Assembly: GCF_006345805.1 (NCBI RefSeq)
Contig: NC_043005.1
Span: 620,001 to 684,000 of the forward strand
DNA: 64,000 nt
Direction: 5' to 3'
Source: Octopus sinensis
Taxonomy: Eukaryota
Shown here: positions 1 through 14,362 of the stretch, in pieces
Position numbering within the stretch: position 1 is the first letter of the stretch
How the letters are laid out: the number at the start of each line of letters is the position of its first letter
Made by a program: the position numbers and the translations under genes
The notes under the pieces: generated by a model
What the model was told of the DNA's origin: nothing
Databases searched by the model: none
What the model saw: the letters and a program-made list of their open reading frames with translations, nothing else

Positions 1-375
1 GAAGAGGAAGAAGAAGAAGAAGAAAAAACAGAGAAGGGAGAATAGTAATGGGTGTAAATATAGCTATGAAGGGGCTGATTAGTAATGGATTCTATGGAGT
101 GTAGTATTTGTGTGTGTATATATATATATATATTTTTTTCTTTTATTCTAAAGTTGAGGTATATTAATTGTTTGTCGTAGACCCCTTCTTAACGGGTCTA
201 CGACAAACAATTAATATACCTCAACTTTAGAATAAAAGAAAAAAATATATATATATATACACACACAAATACTACACTCCATAGAATCCATTACTAATCA
301 GCCCCTTCATAGCTATATTTACACCCATTACTATTCTCCCTTCTCTGTTTTTTCTTCTTCTTCTTCTTCCTCTTC
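1..375. repeat. Near-perfect inverted repeat (fold-back): arms 1-184 and 194-375, 9-nt spacer; the left arm may continue beyond the window
   Basis: GTAGACCC(177-184)-cttcttaac-GGGTCTAC(194-201). The arms match outward through unique sequence, (TA)n and (GAA)n; 1-10 is the reverse complement of 366-375. Confidence 0.95.
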
Positions 376-592
376 TTCTTCTTCCTCTTCTTCTTCATCA
401 TCATCGTTATCATCATCATCGGCATCATCATCATCGCCACCATCATCACCACCATCTTCTCCTTCTCCTCCTCCTTCTTCTTCTTCTTCTTCATCATCAT
501 CGTTATCATCATCATCGCCGTCATAATCATCACCACCATCACCATCATCGTCATCTTCTCCTTCTCCTTCTCCTTCTTCTTCTTCTTCTCCA
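341..592. repeat. (CTT)n/(CAT)n compound trinucleotide low-complexity tract
   Basis: Directly visible; it explains the spurious ORF 294..593. Confidence 0.95.
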
Positions 593-629
593 CCCCCTAC
601 CCCTTAAGTTTGTCACTAATGTTTTTTAG

Positions 630-1070
630 TATAACACCTACGCTAATTCTATAAACAAGCCTGTCAATATAAATATTATCCTGAATTGAACTGAGACTGC
701 CAGCCGCCACTGACCATTCAAAATACGACCATCAGGGCACTCCCAGATTCTCCCACCCACCCCCTTTCCTCACCAGCCTTCTCTCTACTACCCTACCAAG
801 AACTCACAACTACCTCGAACACACAAGTGCAAACAAGGGAGTCAGAGAAAGGCAGAATGCCACTTAAATCTGAACACTACTATAGAAATATTTTTTTAAA
901 AAAACTTTTCTTCTAATTTTTCTAAATTTAATTATTTAATCGTTACAGTTGAAAAGGTCTCAAAATGACCGAAACCGGTACTGAAATGTTCACTATAAAA
1001 TCATTTTAGCATTTTCTATTTTTTACTTGTTTTTTCATATATATCAACTCGTGTGTTCCTTTTCACCCTT

Positions 1071-1073
<3 letters not shown>
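630..1073 (+). mobile_element. Penelope-like element 3' end (remnant endonuclease C-terminus plus pseudo-LTR with a decayed hammerhead), ending at (TA)n
   Basis: KYYPELN* near 670-715 resembles the KYHPELN end at ~5040-5070. Hammerhead-like ttacag-TTGAAAA-GGTC..GACC-GAAA-CCGG-TA-ctgaaa at ~944-986. Confidence 0.6.
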
Positions 1074-1127
<54 letters not shown>

Positions 1128-1130
<3 letters not shown>

Positions 1131-4100
1131 GAAATAGGTTTCAAAGAGAAAAGAAACTACACTTTGTATAAATATGTAAAAACTAAAAATAAAAGAGAAA
1201 ATGCACATTGTATATGAAAAAATATAGGCTTTTTATGAACAGCAATGATAAATATATACAATTAAATGACCTGAGGTAGAATTAAGAGGTATAAAAGTCA
1301 TTATTTTGTTAAAGAGATTCAATGTCATACCGGTATTGTCAAAAGCTGTTCACTGTCTTTGAATGAGCACCGATTTCCAAACGGTGTCGGGTCTACTCTT
1401 TGTCGGAGTGACATTCCTGTTTGCCCATCAGTACCCGCCAAAAGGTGGGGGCATGTGCCACAGTTAGGCCACCCGTATTTTTCACTTTTGGTTCCTTTGT
1501 TAATAGATATAGTCTTGTGTTGGTTAATATTATTTTTAATGATTTCGGTTGCATTTTGCTCTTGATAATTTTGTGTGAGCCTAAAATTTTGTTCATTGTT
1601 TTATCTCCTGTGAGAATGGATAGATTTTGTATGATGATGTTGAAGGCCTCATTGTTTCTATGGTTGTGTGTGAAGAAGTATGGGAGTATTTTAAAGTCTG
1701 GTTTGGTATTTCGGTTGACTTCCCTTAATGTTCGTATGTCTATTTCCTTTTCTCGTTTAATCCCATCATTTATTAATGATGCTGGGTAATGTCTCTTGAT
1801 TAGTATTGATCTGAGTTCAAGGAGTCTTCGTTCACGAGTATAGGTGTCCGAAACTATAGTACAGATTATTTTCGCTAGATTATAAGTATATTAATTTTTA
1901 TGTGTTTGGGATGGCATGAGTTGAATAATAGGCATTGTTTAGAATCTGTGGGTTCATAGAAGATGTCTGTTTCGATATGGTTATTAACTATTTTAATTAG
2001 GATGTCAAGAAAAGGAAGTTGTTTATTGCTGTGGTCCATGCTGAATTGTATGTTGCTATTGATATCGTTGTGCATTATTTTGAAGTCAAGGAGTTTGCCC
2101 ATGCTGTCTTTCCAAAGTATAAAGCAATCGTCCAAATACCTCTTCCAGTCTTCCTTTAAATAGCGATGAAATGAGGTGCCATATTTTTGTAGTTAGGATT
2201 GGTATATTTTAAGTGCTAGGTAACCCATTACAAGGTTCGCAATCACTGGAGCAGCTCGAGTTCCCATTGCAATTCCACATTTTTGTCGATACTAAACTGT
2301 ATCGAACATTAATTAGCTGTTCAGTAGGATGAATTTGAGTGCTGCAATTATGAATCTGTGGTTGATGCATCCTGGGATCTCTTCCGGGTATTTTTCTAGC
2401 CAGAAGGTGATTGCTTCTATACCATAATCGTGTGGGATATTAGTGTACAAATTCACCACATCGAATGATAATAACAGAGTTCCTTCATTTATTGTCTTCG
2501 GGAGGTGGTTAAGCATGTCTAAGTCTTCCCTGATGAAGATTTTCACATATTTTAGAAACGGTTTGAGTAAGCTGTCGAGAAAGTTGCTCAAACGGTGGGT
2601 TTCACAAGCAGGGCTAGCAATGATGGGTCTGAAGTCAGTAGTGGGAGGTACATTAATGCATACGCTAGAAGTTTTGCAAGATTTACAAATATGTAGATTT
2701 TTGTGTATTTTAGGTACTCCGCAGAATAGAGTAGATCTGTATTTAAAATTGAATAAATAGTTAATTTCATGTTTAGTGAGGCCCTTTCCATGTATTTGAA
2801 GTAAGGAGGATAAGCTTTTAAGTGTCTTCTGTGGGTTGTATTGTACTATCTTCTCATAGTAAATATTATTTTCCAATTTGGAGAGTATAACATTTTTGTA
2901 GTATTCTGTGTCCATCACCACTGCCGCACTTCCTTTGTTGGCTTCTGTAATGGTGAGGTTTATATCATTTTTTAACTCGATTAGGTCGTTCCATTCATTT
3001 ACATTAAGGCTGGATTTAATTCGTTGTTTTTGTAGGGTATTAAAAGGAAAACTGGTAACGTGCTCACAAAAAGCATCAAGTGCTTTATTTCTGCCTTTTG
3101 TAGGACAGTATTCACTTTTGTTTTTTACTATTGAGTCATCTTCACTGGTGTAGTTGTGAAGTGCTTCTGTGAGGCGTAATTTTCGGCAGAAAGCCATAGT
3201 GTTATCGTTAATTTCATTCGGGTTCGATCAGCGGGGGGTTGGAGTAAATTTTAAACCTCTTGCTAGAATTTTAGTTTGTGTAGTACTTATGATTTTCTTT
3301 GATAAGTTGATTATTTACAGTTGTTCATGTATATTTTGTTCCATTTCACATCTCTGTTTCTCTGATTTAGGTCTAAAAAATGGTTGTAGGAAGTGGATTG
3401 ATGTGGAAGGTCTGTATAGGAGAAAATGGTTGCACAGTGTGACTGTGGTAGTATGTCTGTGGTGGGGTGACTCTGTAGTGGACTAAGTTATGGTTGTACT
3501 GGGAGTTGTTATATTGTCTATGGTTGATGTGGCTTGGGTTAAATTTATTCTTAATTTTGTAATGTGGGTGGAGGGAGAAGTTCTGTTGTCTAGTTAGGCT
3601 GTGTCTAGTTGAATGCTTGAAGTATCCATGTTGAGGCTAGATGTCAGAAGCAAATTTGTCCATTATCTGAGAGATGATGGGGGTAGATTGGTAGGTAGTG
3701 GTTCTCGAATGTTTGGGTTAGTCTGGAGGCTTGGGTGGATCTTTTGATTTGTATGTTGGGAGCCTTGAAAATTACGTCCGGATTTTCTACTACGAGCGGA
3801 TTCCCTGTTTGTTGTTTGTAAGTTATTTGTAGGTAGAAGTGAGGTGAGGTTGGTTGAGTTGTGTCCCCTAGATTGTCTGTGGTTTGAGCCAGAGAAATGT
3901 AAGGTCATTTTTGCGTGGGTTTTTGGTTTATCTTTCTTCAGGAAGGGGTTATCTGATATGTTTTCTATGTTGAACGGTGTTTCGTAGTATTGGAAACAAA
4001 ATTAGCTTCTCTTTCCCAGCGTTGTTGGCAATTGATTTCTTCAGTTTCACAAGTTGTTTTCCATAGTTTAAAAACACTCTCCAACAGTTGACCATCTCAA

Positions 4101-5456
4101 TGTTTCCTTAATATGGAATATATCTCCTCATCTATGCTTTTAAATTTATGTTCATTTCTTAACGCTTACGTTTAAGGAGTTCGATTTCCGTTTTCCTTTT
4201 CTTCCAATGCTAGTTTCTCCCTTAATTGTCTTTGTTGGTCCTGTTCGTTTGGTATTAGTTTAATTTGAAATTTACGAGGTAAGATTACTGGAGTTGAATT
4301 TAACCAGCGTTCATAACTTTCTGCCGTGTAGTTGTTTTTAATAATATTCCAGAAAGAAAGTTTTCTGGCTTTAAGTTCCTCCTTCCAAATATGGATAATA
4401 CGGTTTTTAATTGATTGCATTAACGTAGAGGAGGTTCTATCGTGTGTATCGTCTGTAGGGGATTTTCATTTATGCAACAATTATGAGGTAACGATTGTAG
4501 AGTGGTGCATAATTCGGTCAAATGTTGATTGAATTGTTCCAGAGATTGCCCTTTCTCTTCTTGTGTAAATCGTTTATGTTCATCAATCTTATTAATTATG
4601 AGTCTCAAATTCGAGCTAATCTTTCTTAGTTCCGTTAGAGTATCTTCGTTGAAAGTTTTAACTGAGAAGTTTGGTATCTGTGGCATTTTAAATTTCACGT
4701 GTAGTAAAACACAATAGAAATAGGTTTCAAAGAGAAAAGAAACTACACGCGGTATGAATAAGGGAAAAGAAAAAAGAGAAAATGCATGTTGGATATAAAA
4801 AATAAAGACCTTTTTATGGGTGCAGTAATCAATATATTGGGCAAACAGGAATGTCTCTCCGACGAAGAACAACTCTTCACAAAGAACAAATCCGTTATCC
4901 ACAATACAGACAGATACAGGCCAGTGAACACAGAAAAATGTGCTAGGAACCTTAAACCAAACTTCCTAATTTTCCCTTTCTATCAATGTTCACAGTACAC
5001 CTAAGTACAGCAAAGAATGAATAAAGAGGCGACGTTCATTAATAAATATCATCCAGAACTCAATATGAACACATAACATAATACAGGACACTACTAACCT
5101 TACCAACAATACCACTAATTTCCATGCATCCTATACACCAATCATATTACAATATATATATCTACCCTAATTGCACCACTTCCAGAACTGCTTTCTTCCT
5201 TTGCATATAATCTTTTTACTCAGGGACTAGTAGACCCGACACCGTTTGGAAGTCAGTGCTCGTTCAAAGCCAGTGAATATCTTTTGACGATACCGGAATG
5301 ATTTGGAATCTCTTTAACAATTCAAAATAATGACTTTTATACCTCTTAATTCTACCTCAGTTCATCTAATTGTGTATATATATATATCGTTACTGTTCAT
5401 AAAAAAGCCATTATTTTTATATGCAATGTGCAGCTTCTCTTTTTATTTTTACTCCC

Positions 5457-5457
<1 letters not shown>
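1128..5457 (-). mobile_element. Near full-length degenerate Penelope-like retroelement with an inverted 5' segment, flanked by (TA)n on both sides
   Basis: Minus-strand ORF remnants from ~4686: EANKGSAAVVMD, CGVPKIHK..FRPII, LSFDVVNLYTNIPH, MDDCFILW, LPFLDI, YEPTDSKQ (PLE RT). Plus-strand GCSNQYIGQTGMSLRRR..INKYHPELN at ~4818-5070. 5230-5455 is an inverted homolog of ~1185-1395. Confidence 0.85.
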
Positions 5458-5459
<2 letters not shown>

Positions 5460-5526
<67 letters not shown>

Positions 5527-5680
5527 GTATGTATGAATATATGTATGTATGTATGTATGTGTGTATGTGTGTGTGTATGTATGTATGTATGTATGTATGT
5601 ATGTATGAATGTATGTATGAATGAATGTATGTATGTATGTGTGTATGTATGTATGAATGTATGTATGTATGTGTGTATAT
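5460..5680. repeat. (TA)n followed by (TATG)n microsatellite
   Basis: Directly visible. Confidence 0.95.
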
Positions 5681-5750
5681 GTTTCATTATGTGTGTTCCT
5701 CCTAAAATTCATGAGGTATTTTCAAAAATAAAACTATTCTAAGCACATAC

Positions 5751-5879
5751 CTTCGGTTCCGGAAGAGAGCTGTCGCTGTAAATCAAGTTTAAGTCATCTA
5801 GCTTCTCCAATGTCCATATTGTCCATCTAGCATACAACTCTTCAAAGTAGATTTCCGCTGCGTCCAATGCGATTCTTAT
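5751..5879 (-). CDS. Internal coding exon (129 bp, phase 0/0), probable lipoxygenase-family gene
   Basis: Acceptor ttttatttcag and donor gtatgt. Open frame IRIALDAAEIYFEELYARWTIWTLEKLDDLNLIYSDSSLPEPK resembles the W..LDD..IY...LP segment just before the LOX W..D..FG.Q..NG.NP motif. Confidence 0.55.
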
Positions 5880-6449
5880 CTGAAATAAAATGTTACGTTT
5901 TATTTAAGGGTTGAAAAGGGCAAGTTTGCATGGGAGCAAAGAGACGCGACTGATACGGACAGTACATATATTCAATACATGTTTTCTATATTTTCTATGG
6001 ATACCTACTCATACATACAAATATAAGCACAAAAAATAGATGTATATTTATCGCGCTCCTCCCACTCTCTCTATTTCTTCTTCATCTTCTTCATCATCAT
6101 CATCATCATCATCATCATCTTCTTTTTCTTCTTCTTCTTCTTCTTCTTCCCCCCTCTCTCTCTCACACACACACACACTTAAACGTAGCATTTGGTGCTG
6201 TTAATTGATACAGAACACTACTATTAGTAGATTCAACATTTTATTCATCATTTTCAGTTGATTGGAACTTCAAATTTTGCCTTAACAGACTGTTCAACTA
6301 GTTAGATTCACGCTGATATACTCAATTCAACATTATGCGTGATTCCATTATTTCACTCACTGATGGTTGAACTGTTATAAAAATTAGACTAATATATTAA
6401 GTTCTTCCTGTTGACTCTATTTATTCAATTTATATACACACACGTGCAC

Positions 6450-6517
<68 letters not shown>

Positions 6518-6618
6518 AATTCGAGGATGTCAGGTCTTCATTAAGAATTAAGGAATACAAAAACCTTTCAACCTCATTATATCATACAAATAAATTATTA
6601 ATATATCCATAAGTCTCC

Positions 6619-6665
<47 letters not shown>

Positions 6666-6725
6666 TATACATACATTCATACATACACACGCACACTCAC
6701 ACACACACACGTATATATATGTATG

Positions 6726-8321
<1,596 letters not shown>

Positions 8322-8325
8322 TATG

Positions 8326-8364
<39 letters not shown>

Positions 8365-8369
<5 letters not shown>

Positions 8370-9850
8370 AAATAAAAAAAGGAAAATACGCACACTTACA
8401 TTGTTATAGTATAATTTTTAATGTATCGACCGATTTCGCAATCGCTATTCATGATATAATGTTTAATTTATATGAAAATATATTTTTTCTTAAGAAGAAA
8501 TATGGTCCATGTTATTTGTAATGAAATTCACGAGTGAATGATTTTACAAGTTGACAAGTAAAGGGAGGTAATTGGTTGTTATTATTGTTATTGTTGTGTG
8601 TAAGTGAGATAACTGTTTAAGTTTTGGGTAGGGAATAAATGTGTACAGAAAGGAGACAGGTTTTTAAAAAGGGCCTTGTTTAGTAGGGGATTTATGTACA
8701 GTGATGTAGTATGTAAAAATATAAAAATATAAAAGTTGGTTATGCGTGCTTATTAAGATGCATTTTGTATTTTTCAATGAAAACAGTTTCTTTATTTAAG
8801 CGTTCTATTTGAGAGATTGTGTCTTTGCACTGGTAGAAAGGGAAGACTGTGACATTTGGTTTGATGTTACCTGCACATTTTTCTATGTGTTCACTAAGAG
8901 GAATTTGTCTGTATTGCGGGAAACGGATTTGCTCCTTATGCAGAGTGATTCTCTTCCTTAAAGTTAAAGTTGTCCAATGTACTGATGACTGCAACCCGAG
9001 CAGGTTATTACATAAATTAGGTTCTCAGAGGCACAGGTGAAACTAGTTTTAATTGTGAACCTCTGTCTCGTTTGAAAAGGAAATCCGAGCCTTCAAGCAG
9101 GTGGGGGCAGGTTCCACAGTTCGGGCGTCCACATTTTTCAACCGTTGGTTGTCGTGGTTGTTTTGTAAAGCTTCGCGTTTGTTAGTAGTCTCTTTAGCGA
9201 TTTGTCTTGTTTTTTGCATTTGATGAGTTTGTGTGTTTTCAGGATGTCGTTCATTTTTGGATCTCTAGTTAGTAAAAGGAGAGTTTGCACAATAGTGTTG
9301 AATGCCTCACTGTTTCTGGGGTTGTGTGTTGATATAAAAATAATGTTTTGGTTTGAGGTGTGGTGCTATGTTTTTTGTTCTTAGTGTTTTTGTGTCTAAT
9401 TGTTTGGCACGTTTAATTCCCTCGTCGATAAGAGAGGGTGGATATTGTCTTTCAATAAGTGTTGTTTTGAGGTCTTGAAGACGAAGGTCCCGAGTTGTTC
9501 TATCAGACACTATTGTGCAGATCCTTTTTGCTAAGTTAAAAGGGATGTTTATTTTTATGTGTTTCGGGTGGCATGAGTTAAAAAGAAGATATTGTTTGGA
9601 GCCAGTTGGTTTATAATAAATGTCAGTTATGATTTCATTGTTAACTTTTTTTATATTTTTATATTTCTTCTTAAGAAAAAATATATTTTCATAAAAATTA
9701 AACATTATATCATGAATAGCGATTGCGAAACCGGTCGATACATTAAAAATTATACTATAACAATGTAAGTGTGCGTATTTTCTTTTTTTAATTTCTTATA
9801 TACATAACAATCTATCACGTGGGGACAACCGAAATCCCTTTTTACTGTTA

Positions 9851-9857
<7 letters not shown>
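8365..9857 (-). mobile_element. 5'-truncated Penelope-like element (RT C-terminus plus GIY-YIG) with an inverted copy of its 3' end, between (TA)n tracts
   Basis: YYKPTGSKQYLLFNSCHP..NIPFNLAKRICTIVSD (RT thumb); CASENLIYVITCSGCSHQYIG (GIY-YIG). 8365-8503 is the reverse complement of 9661-9798. Confidence 0.88.
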
Positions 9858-9902
<45 letters not shown>

Positions 9903-10204
9903 TGCATATATGTGTAAACATAGATATAACATAAACATTCATTCTTACCGTGTATATCAAATCTTTTTCGTTGCGCGGCAATGTTTCCAACTGTCCAGGT
10001 AGAAACAGAAAATGGTTAAAATCAATTATATTATTTAACTTATGAGCATCCTTCCAATTGAAATTGTGTTATTTAATTATGTTTCCTTGCGTCTTTACAT
10101 CAAATGTCACCACGATCCAGTTTAACTTTCCTAATTCCAGAGGAGGAGATCGATAATATAAAGAAGCAATCAATATCGGTACTGTTAAGTTCACCTGAAA
10201 ATAA

Positions 10205-10420
10205 TCTTTTCTACTCTACGCACAAGGCCTGAAATATTGGGGGAGGGGACTAGTCGATTACATCGACCCCAGCGTTTCAGTAGTACTTAATTTATCGACC
10301 TCGAAAGGATGAAAAGCAAAGTCGACCTCAGAAGAACTTGAACTCAGGACGTAGTGACAGGCGAGATACCGTTACGCATTTCGTCCAGTGCGCTAACGAT
10401 TCTGCCAGCTCGCCGCCTTC
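10205..10420 (-). mobile_element. tRNA-derived SINE (full length, tail type 2)
   Basis: Head ggcggcgagctggcagaatcgttagc, B-box-like gagttcaagttc, central ctttgcttttcatcctttcgaggtcgataaattaagtac; homologous to 30440-30833. Confidence 0.85.
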
Positions 10421-11479
10421 AACCAATAATGTGTGTATCCTTGTGGGCATTTGAAAAATCTTTATGAATTATTACACAAAGATGAAAGGTTAGAAATAGC
10501 AGCCAAAATTACCCTTAAATAACACAATCCAGTGCTGTGGAGCACGTCGTTCAATGGGACATCTGGACGGCTTCCGATTAGCTGAGGTTCTACATATCGT
10601 TTATAGTACTGTGTAGATTCGTACCCGTGGTAAAAAAAATAATTTGGACTCCATAGTTACTGGTCTCAACCGATCGAGTTATAAAATATGCAAACAGAGG
10701 AACACTTTCTGATTAACGAATGTTTCTTTCCGTTTGCAACGATGATATGATATCGTTCTACCTGCTGGAAATAGCAGTTAAATACCACGCTACCACTGCT
10801 TAAAAATCATTTTATTCTGTAATACCATGTATACGATCATACAAGAAAGGTAAGACAAGGCTAGAATATTTATGATCACATATCTGCCAGATTGACTAGA
10901 ATTTAAGTTTATTTCGAGAGGGAAAAACCAAAGAAAGTCTCTATGCAGCGACATGACCTGCTAGAAATAGCTGCCCCATACCTCTCAAATCACAGGTTAT
11001 CCCCTTTAAAAGTGGGACACATTGGAAAGTGTAATTATAGACACTGATGTGAAAATACGACAGGAGAGGTGGTCACAACTGGAACACCGTGATTATGCAC
11101 TTAGCAACCAGTGATATTGATGCTTTATATCGCTTCTACTTACTATTTTATATAGCTTTCTGTAAAGTGTTATACGCAGGTGTTTCTAGCTTTATATTTT
11201 ATACACTGCTCTTTCTGCTATTGACATGTCATATACAGGAAGAGCTTATATACAACCTTACTTTTTGATTATTGCTTATCTTTTATTTACAATGCTATAC
11301 TTTATATAAAGAGTCATCAGTGGCATGCCCAGAGTGTTCAAGTTAAATTTGACGATTTTTTTATGTGTCCTGTTTTCAAGAATAGCTTGATCTATTGATG
11401 AACACTCAACGGCGTTGGAGAGTATAATGATTACAGTTGTAACTGAAAAACAGTTAGGTGACCGGAAGTCATCTGAATA

Positions 11480-13010
11480 TTGGGAAAGATTTATTTGTAT
11501 CATGAGGATTCTCATCAGGTATCGAAATGCCGACTTCATCACTGCTGCTCAACTTACTAAGAACACTGTAAAGGATGTAAGACCTGACATGGACAGCTAG
11601 AACGGAGACTACGAAGCTGTGCTCAGCAGGAAGGGACACACCAAGCGTTCTGATTGCGTCCGTACGCTGTAATATATCCAACAACTGCAGAACAAGGTGA
11701 TGGCAGATCCAAGCAAAATAATCTGAGCCTTGGCGAAAGAGATGGGCGTTAGAGTGAAGTTGGCTCTGAATGAGGACCTTTGTACTACTACTTACCACTA
11801 GTACAGGAGGCACAAGGGACAAATTCTGGTCAAGGACAGCCACTTGACAAAAGAAAATAGGCTTTTGAACAAGATGAGGCACCGTGTCGAGCCGAGGATA
11901 AGCTGGTTATTCTCAGAAGAATAGAACTTCTGCCGGAACCAGTTGCATAACACCTAGAATAACAAGTGGCTTGCCGGTAATCCCCGTGGTGTCCCATTTA
12001 TCATGAACACCAAGTTTCCCAACCTGCAATGGCCTTTGTGTGTGTCTCTAGTCAGGTTGACGTCATACAGCCCCATATCTTTGAACAGGGCCTTAGGCTC
12101 GAATCAGACGACTATGCGAAGCTGCAGGAAACTATGGTCAAATCCTGCTGGAAGGCCATAAGTTAAAGAACAGGATTTATCTCCTTGCCATACTCCAGGA
12201 AAGAGTTAGAAGTGATTGTCAGAGAATTTCTACAACTTTATCAGCCCCAATTTCTAGCCTTCTCAGTCCCCCAATTTTGTGTGCAGTTTAAGGGCAATTT
12301 AACTGCTATGTTTAGCACATCTAAATATCACCTGATATACTTCATGTTTCTACGTTACTCTGACGTATTGATGCTCTTCTATATTTCCCCCCCATAAACA
12401 CACTTAATGGTCCCTTGCTGGAATTTAAGCAAAAAATTCGGACTGTCCATATTTTAAATTCTGATTAAAAATAACATTCAAAAAATTCAGAAAATTTTTT
12501 TATTTATATTATTTACAATTAACCGATATTTGTCCTCATCTTATTTGTTGTTAACACGTTTCAGCTGATATACCCTCCAGCCTTCATCAGGTGTCTTGGG
12601 GAAATTTCAAATTTAGGTTCTCATTCCTAAGGTATCTTCCGATGTTGTTATTATTATTATTATTATTACTATTATTATTCAGGTCACTGCCTGGAATCGA
12701 ACTCGGAATCTTGGGGTTAGTAGCCCGCGCTCTTAAACACTACACCATATGCACGTGGGCAAAAAAAAATTGCTTAAAAATTCGGAAAATTAAAAAAAAA
12801 GAATTACCAAAATCATATGAATTCCTTTGTGTAGAACTCAAATTTGCAAAATATTTTTGACAATTTAAAAAAATAAAAGGTTATAGGGTGCTTAAAGCAA
12901 AATTCCGCTGAAGATTTTGCCAGTAACACAGTGAGGAACGCACGTGCCAGGTTGCAGAGCCGTCTTGAGACCGTGATGGGAGCTGTGGGTGGCTATTTTG
13001 AATAAACTGC
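11480..13010 (+). pseudogene. Decayed Tc1/mariner-superfamily (maT/DD37D-like) transposase, interrupted
   Basis: FSEE*NF..QLHN..N..WLA....VP....TKFP..GLRL...DYA at ~11900-12130; NTVRNA.ARLQSRLETVMGAVGGYFE* at ~12925-13006. Confidence 0.6.
12518..12760 (-). mobile_element. Composite SINE-like element: tRNA-like Pol III head, (AAT)n, hammerhead-containing 3' part
   Basis: A box TGGTGTAGTG (12747-12738), B box GTTCGATTCC (12702-12693), (AAT)n, then gacac-CTGATGA-a-GGCTG-gagggtatat-CAGCT-GAAAC-gtgtt (12595-12553). Confidence 0.7.
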
Positions 13011-13615
13011 CATCTTTATATTTTTATTTTTATATGAGATGTTATTTTCATTTCTTTTTAAGCAGACTGTCAAATTTAACCTGAACATCCTTTATGTGAT
13101 AACTCCATAGCAATTAGATTATAAAAATCCTTGAGAAATGTATTTTGTCGTTGACCACTGGGTCAGTCCTGGACAAGAAAAACTATGGTTTTTTAAAATT
13201 AGATATTTGAACAATAGGAATGACGTATGTTGAGGGGAAATTTGGCTACTATTTCTAGCAGATTGAAGGGTTACATAATGTAGTTTCTTGGTTGCTCTAA
13301 GTCTACGATGTAGGTTTGATTCATGGCCAGAGAAATTTAACTGTAATGGGAAATTCAATTGCTAATAACAACTACCAAAGTAGGAAGTCTAAAATTATTT
13401 CATAAACAACATTATTATAAAATATTCTCCTGAATTTTGTTTACAAAACACATAGCCGATCCCATTCGCACTAATCGGTAGTATGGTTACCAGGCAAGCG
13501 ATAAATTCATGGCTGGACTCAGCCATATAATTCTTACCATTTTGGGCTTAATCATAAATAGAAAACAAAACAATTAAAAATCATCTTTTTATTACAATAC
13601 CAGATATATACTCAC

Positions 13616-14136
13616 CTTAAGAGGGAAGCCCTCTACGTATTTTAACTTATAGAGGTCACGATACTTCTGCATTTCATTTATTCGTTCGGCTTTACATGGA
13701 TCTGCCTCTCGCGTTAATGGATAAACATGGATGGGATGACGTGATCCTGGCCAGAGCCAGCGAGAAACACCAATTTTGGTTAAGTTTTCAATAGAATCAC
13801 CGATAGACATTGTATGTATGAAACCGACTTCTGATCCGTTTACAAACTCGCCGGCAGGTTCTTTAATTTCTTCCAGGCTTTTATATAATTTCGAAAGCTC
13901 AACTTCAACGGGGCCGGTTTCAAATTTATCTCCCCTATACACCTTAAAGTTGGTAATAAGGCTTTGAGTGTAATTACTGTGGGTGTATCCTGTTGTTGCG
14001 AGCTGGCTCAGTCCGGGCTGGCTTTCACCACCTCGCTTCAAATCTGATTTCTTTGAAGAATTATATATTTTAACATGAAAGGTGACTTTAATTGGTGCAG
14101 CTCCCCGGTGGGAGCTTGCCATCAGATCATCCATTT
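13616..14136 (-). CDS. Coding exon (521 bp), divergent PLAT-like region plus start of a lipoxygenase catalytic domain
   Basis: Acceptor tttctaaaaacag (14137) and donor AAG|gtgagt (13615); 173 open codons. SRWL..; ERINEMQKYRDLYKLKYVEGFPLK resembles ALOX5 [24 protein letters not shown] (recalled, not searched). Confidence 0.6.
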
Positions 14137-14216
14137 CTGTTTTTAGAAAATAGAGAATGAAAGACTTGTGTCATATTACAGCAATAACCCAAACAGTTTT
14201 AGTTTTCTCAATATAT

Positions 14217-14362
<146 letters not shown>

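Noticed and set aside
294-593. K/E/M-rich ORF and the many YI/CV/HT-repeat ORFs (e.g. 5397-5742, 19776-20265, 23998-24349, 27987-28508, 29946-30178)
   Set aside because: They are translations of microsatellites, with no coding evidence.
10060-10196. Candidate missing lipoxygenase exon after tattttcag
   Set aside because: The phase-0 translation has no LOX similarity and no suitable donor.
12679-12760. Possible tRNA gene (anticodon loop CTACTAA)
   Set aside because: No proper acceptor stem, and it runs into (AAT)n; treated as a SINE head.
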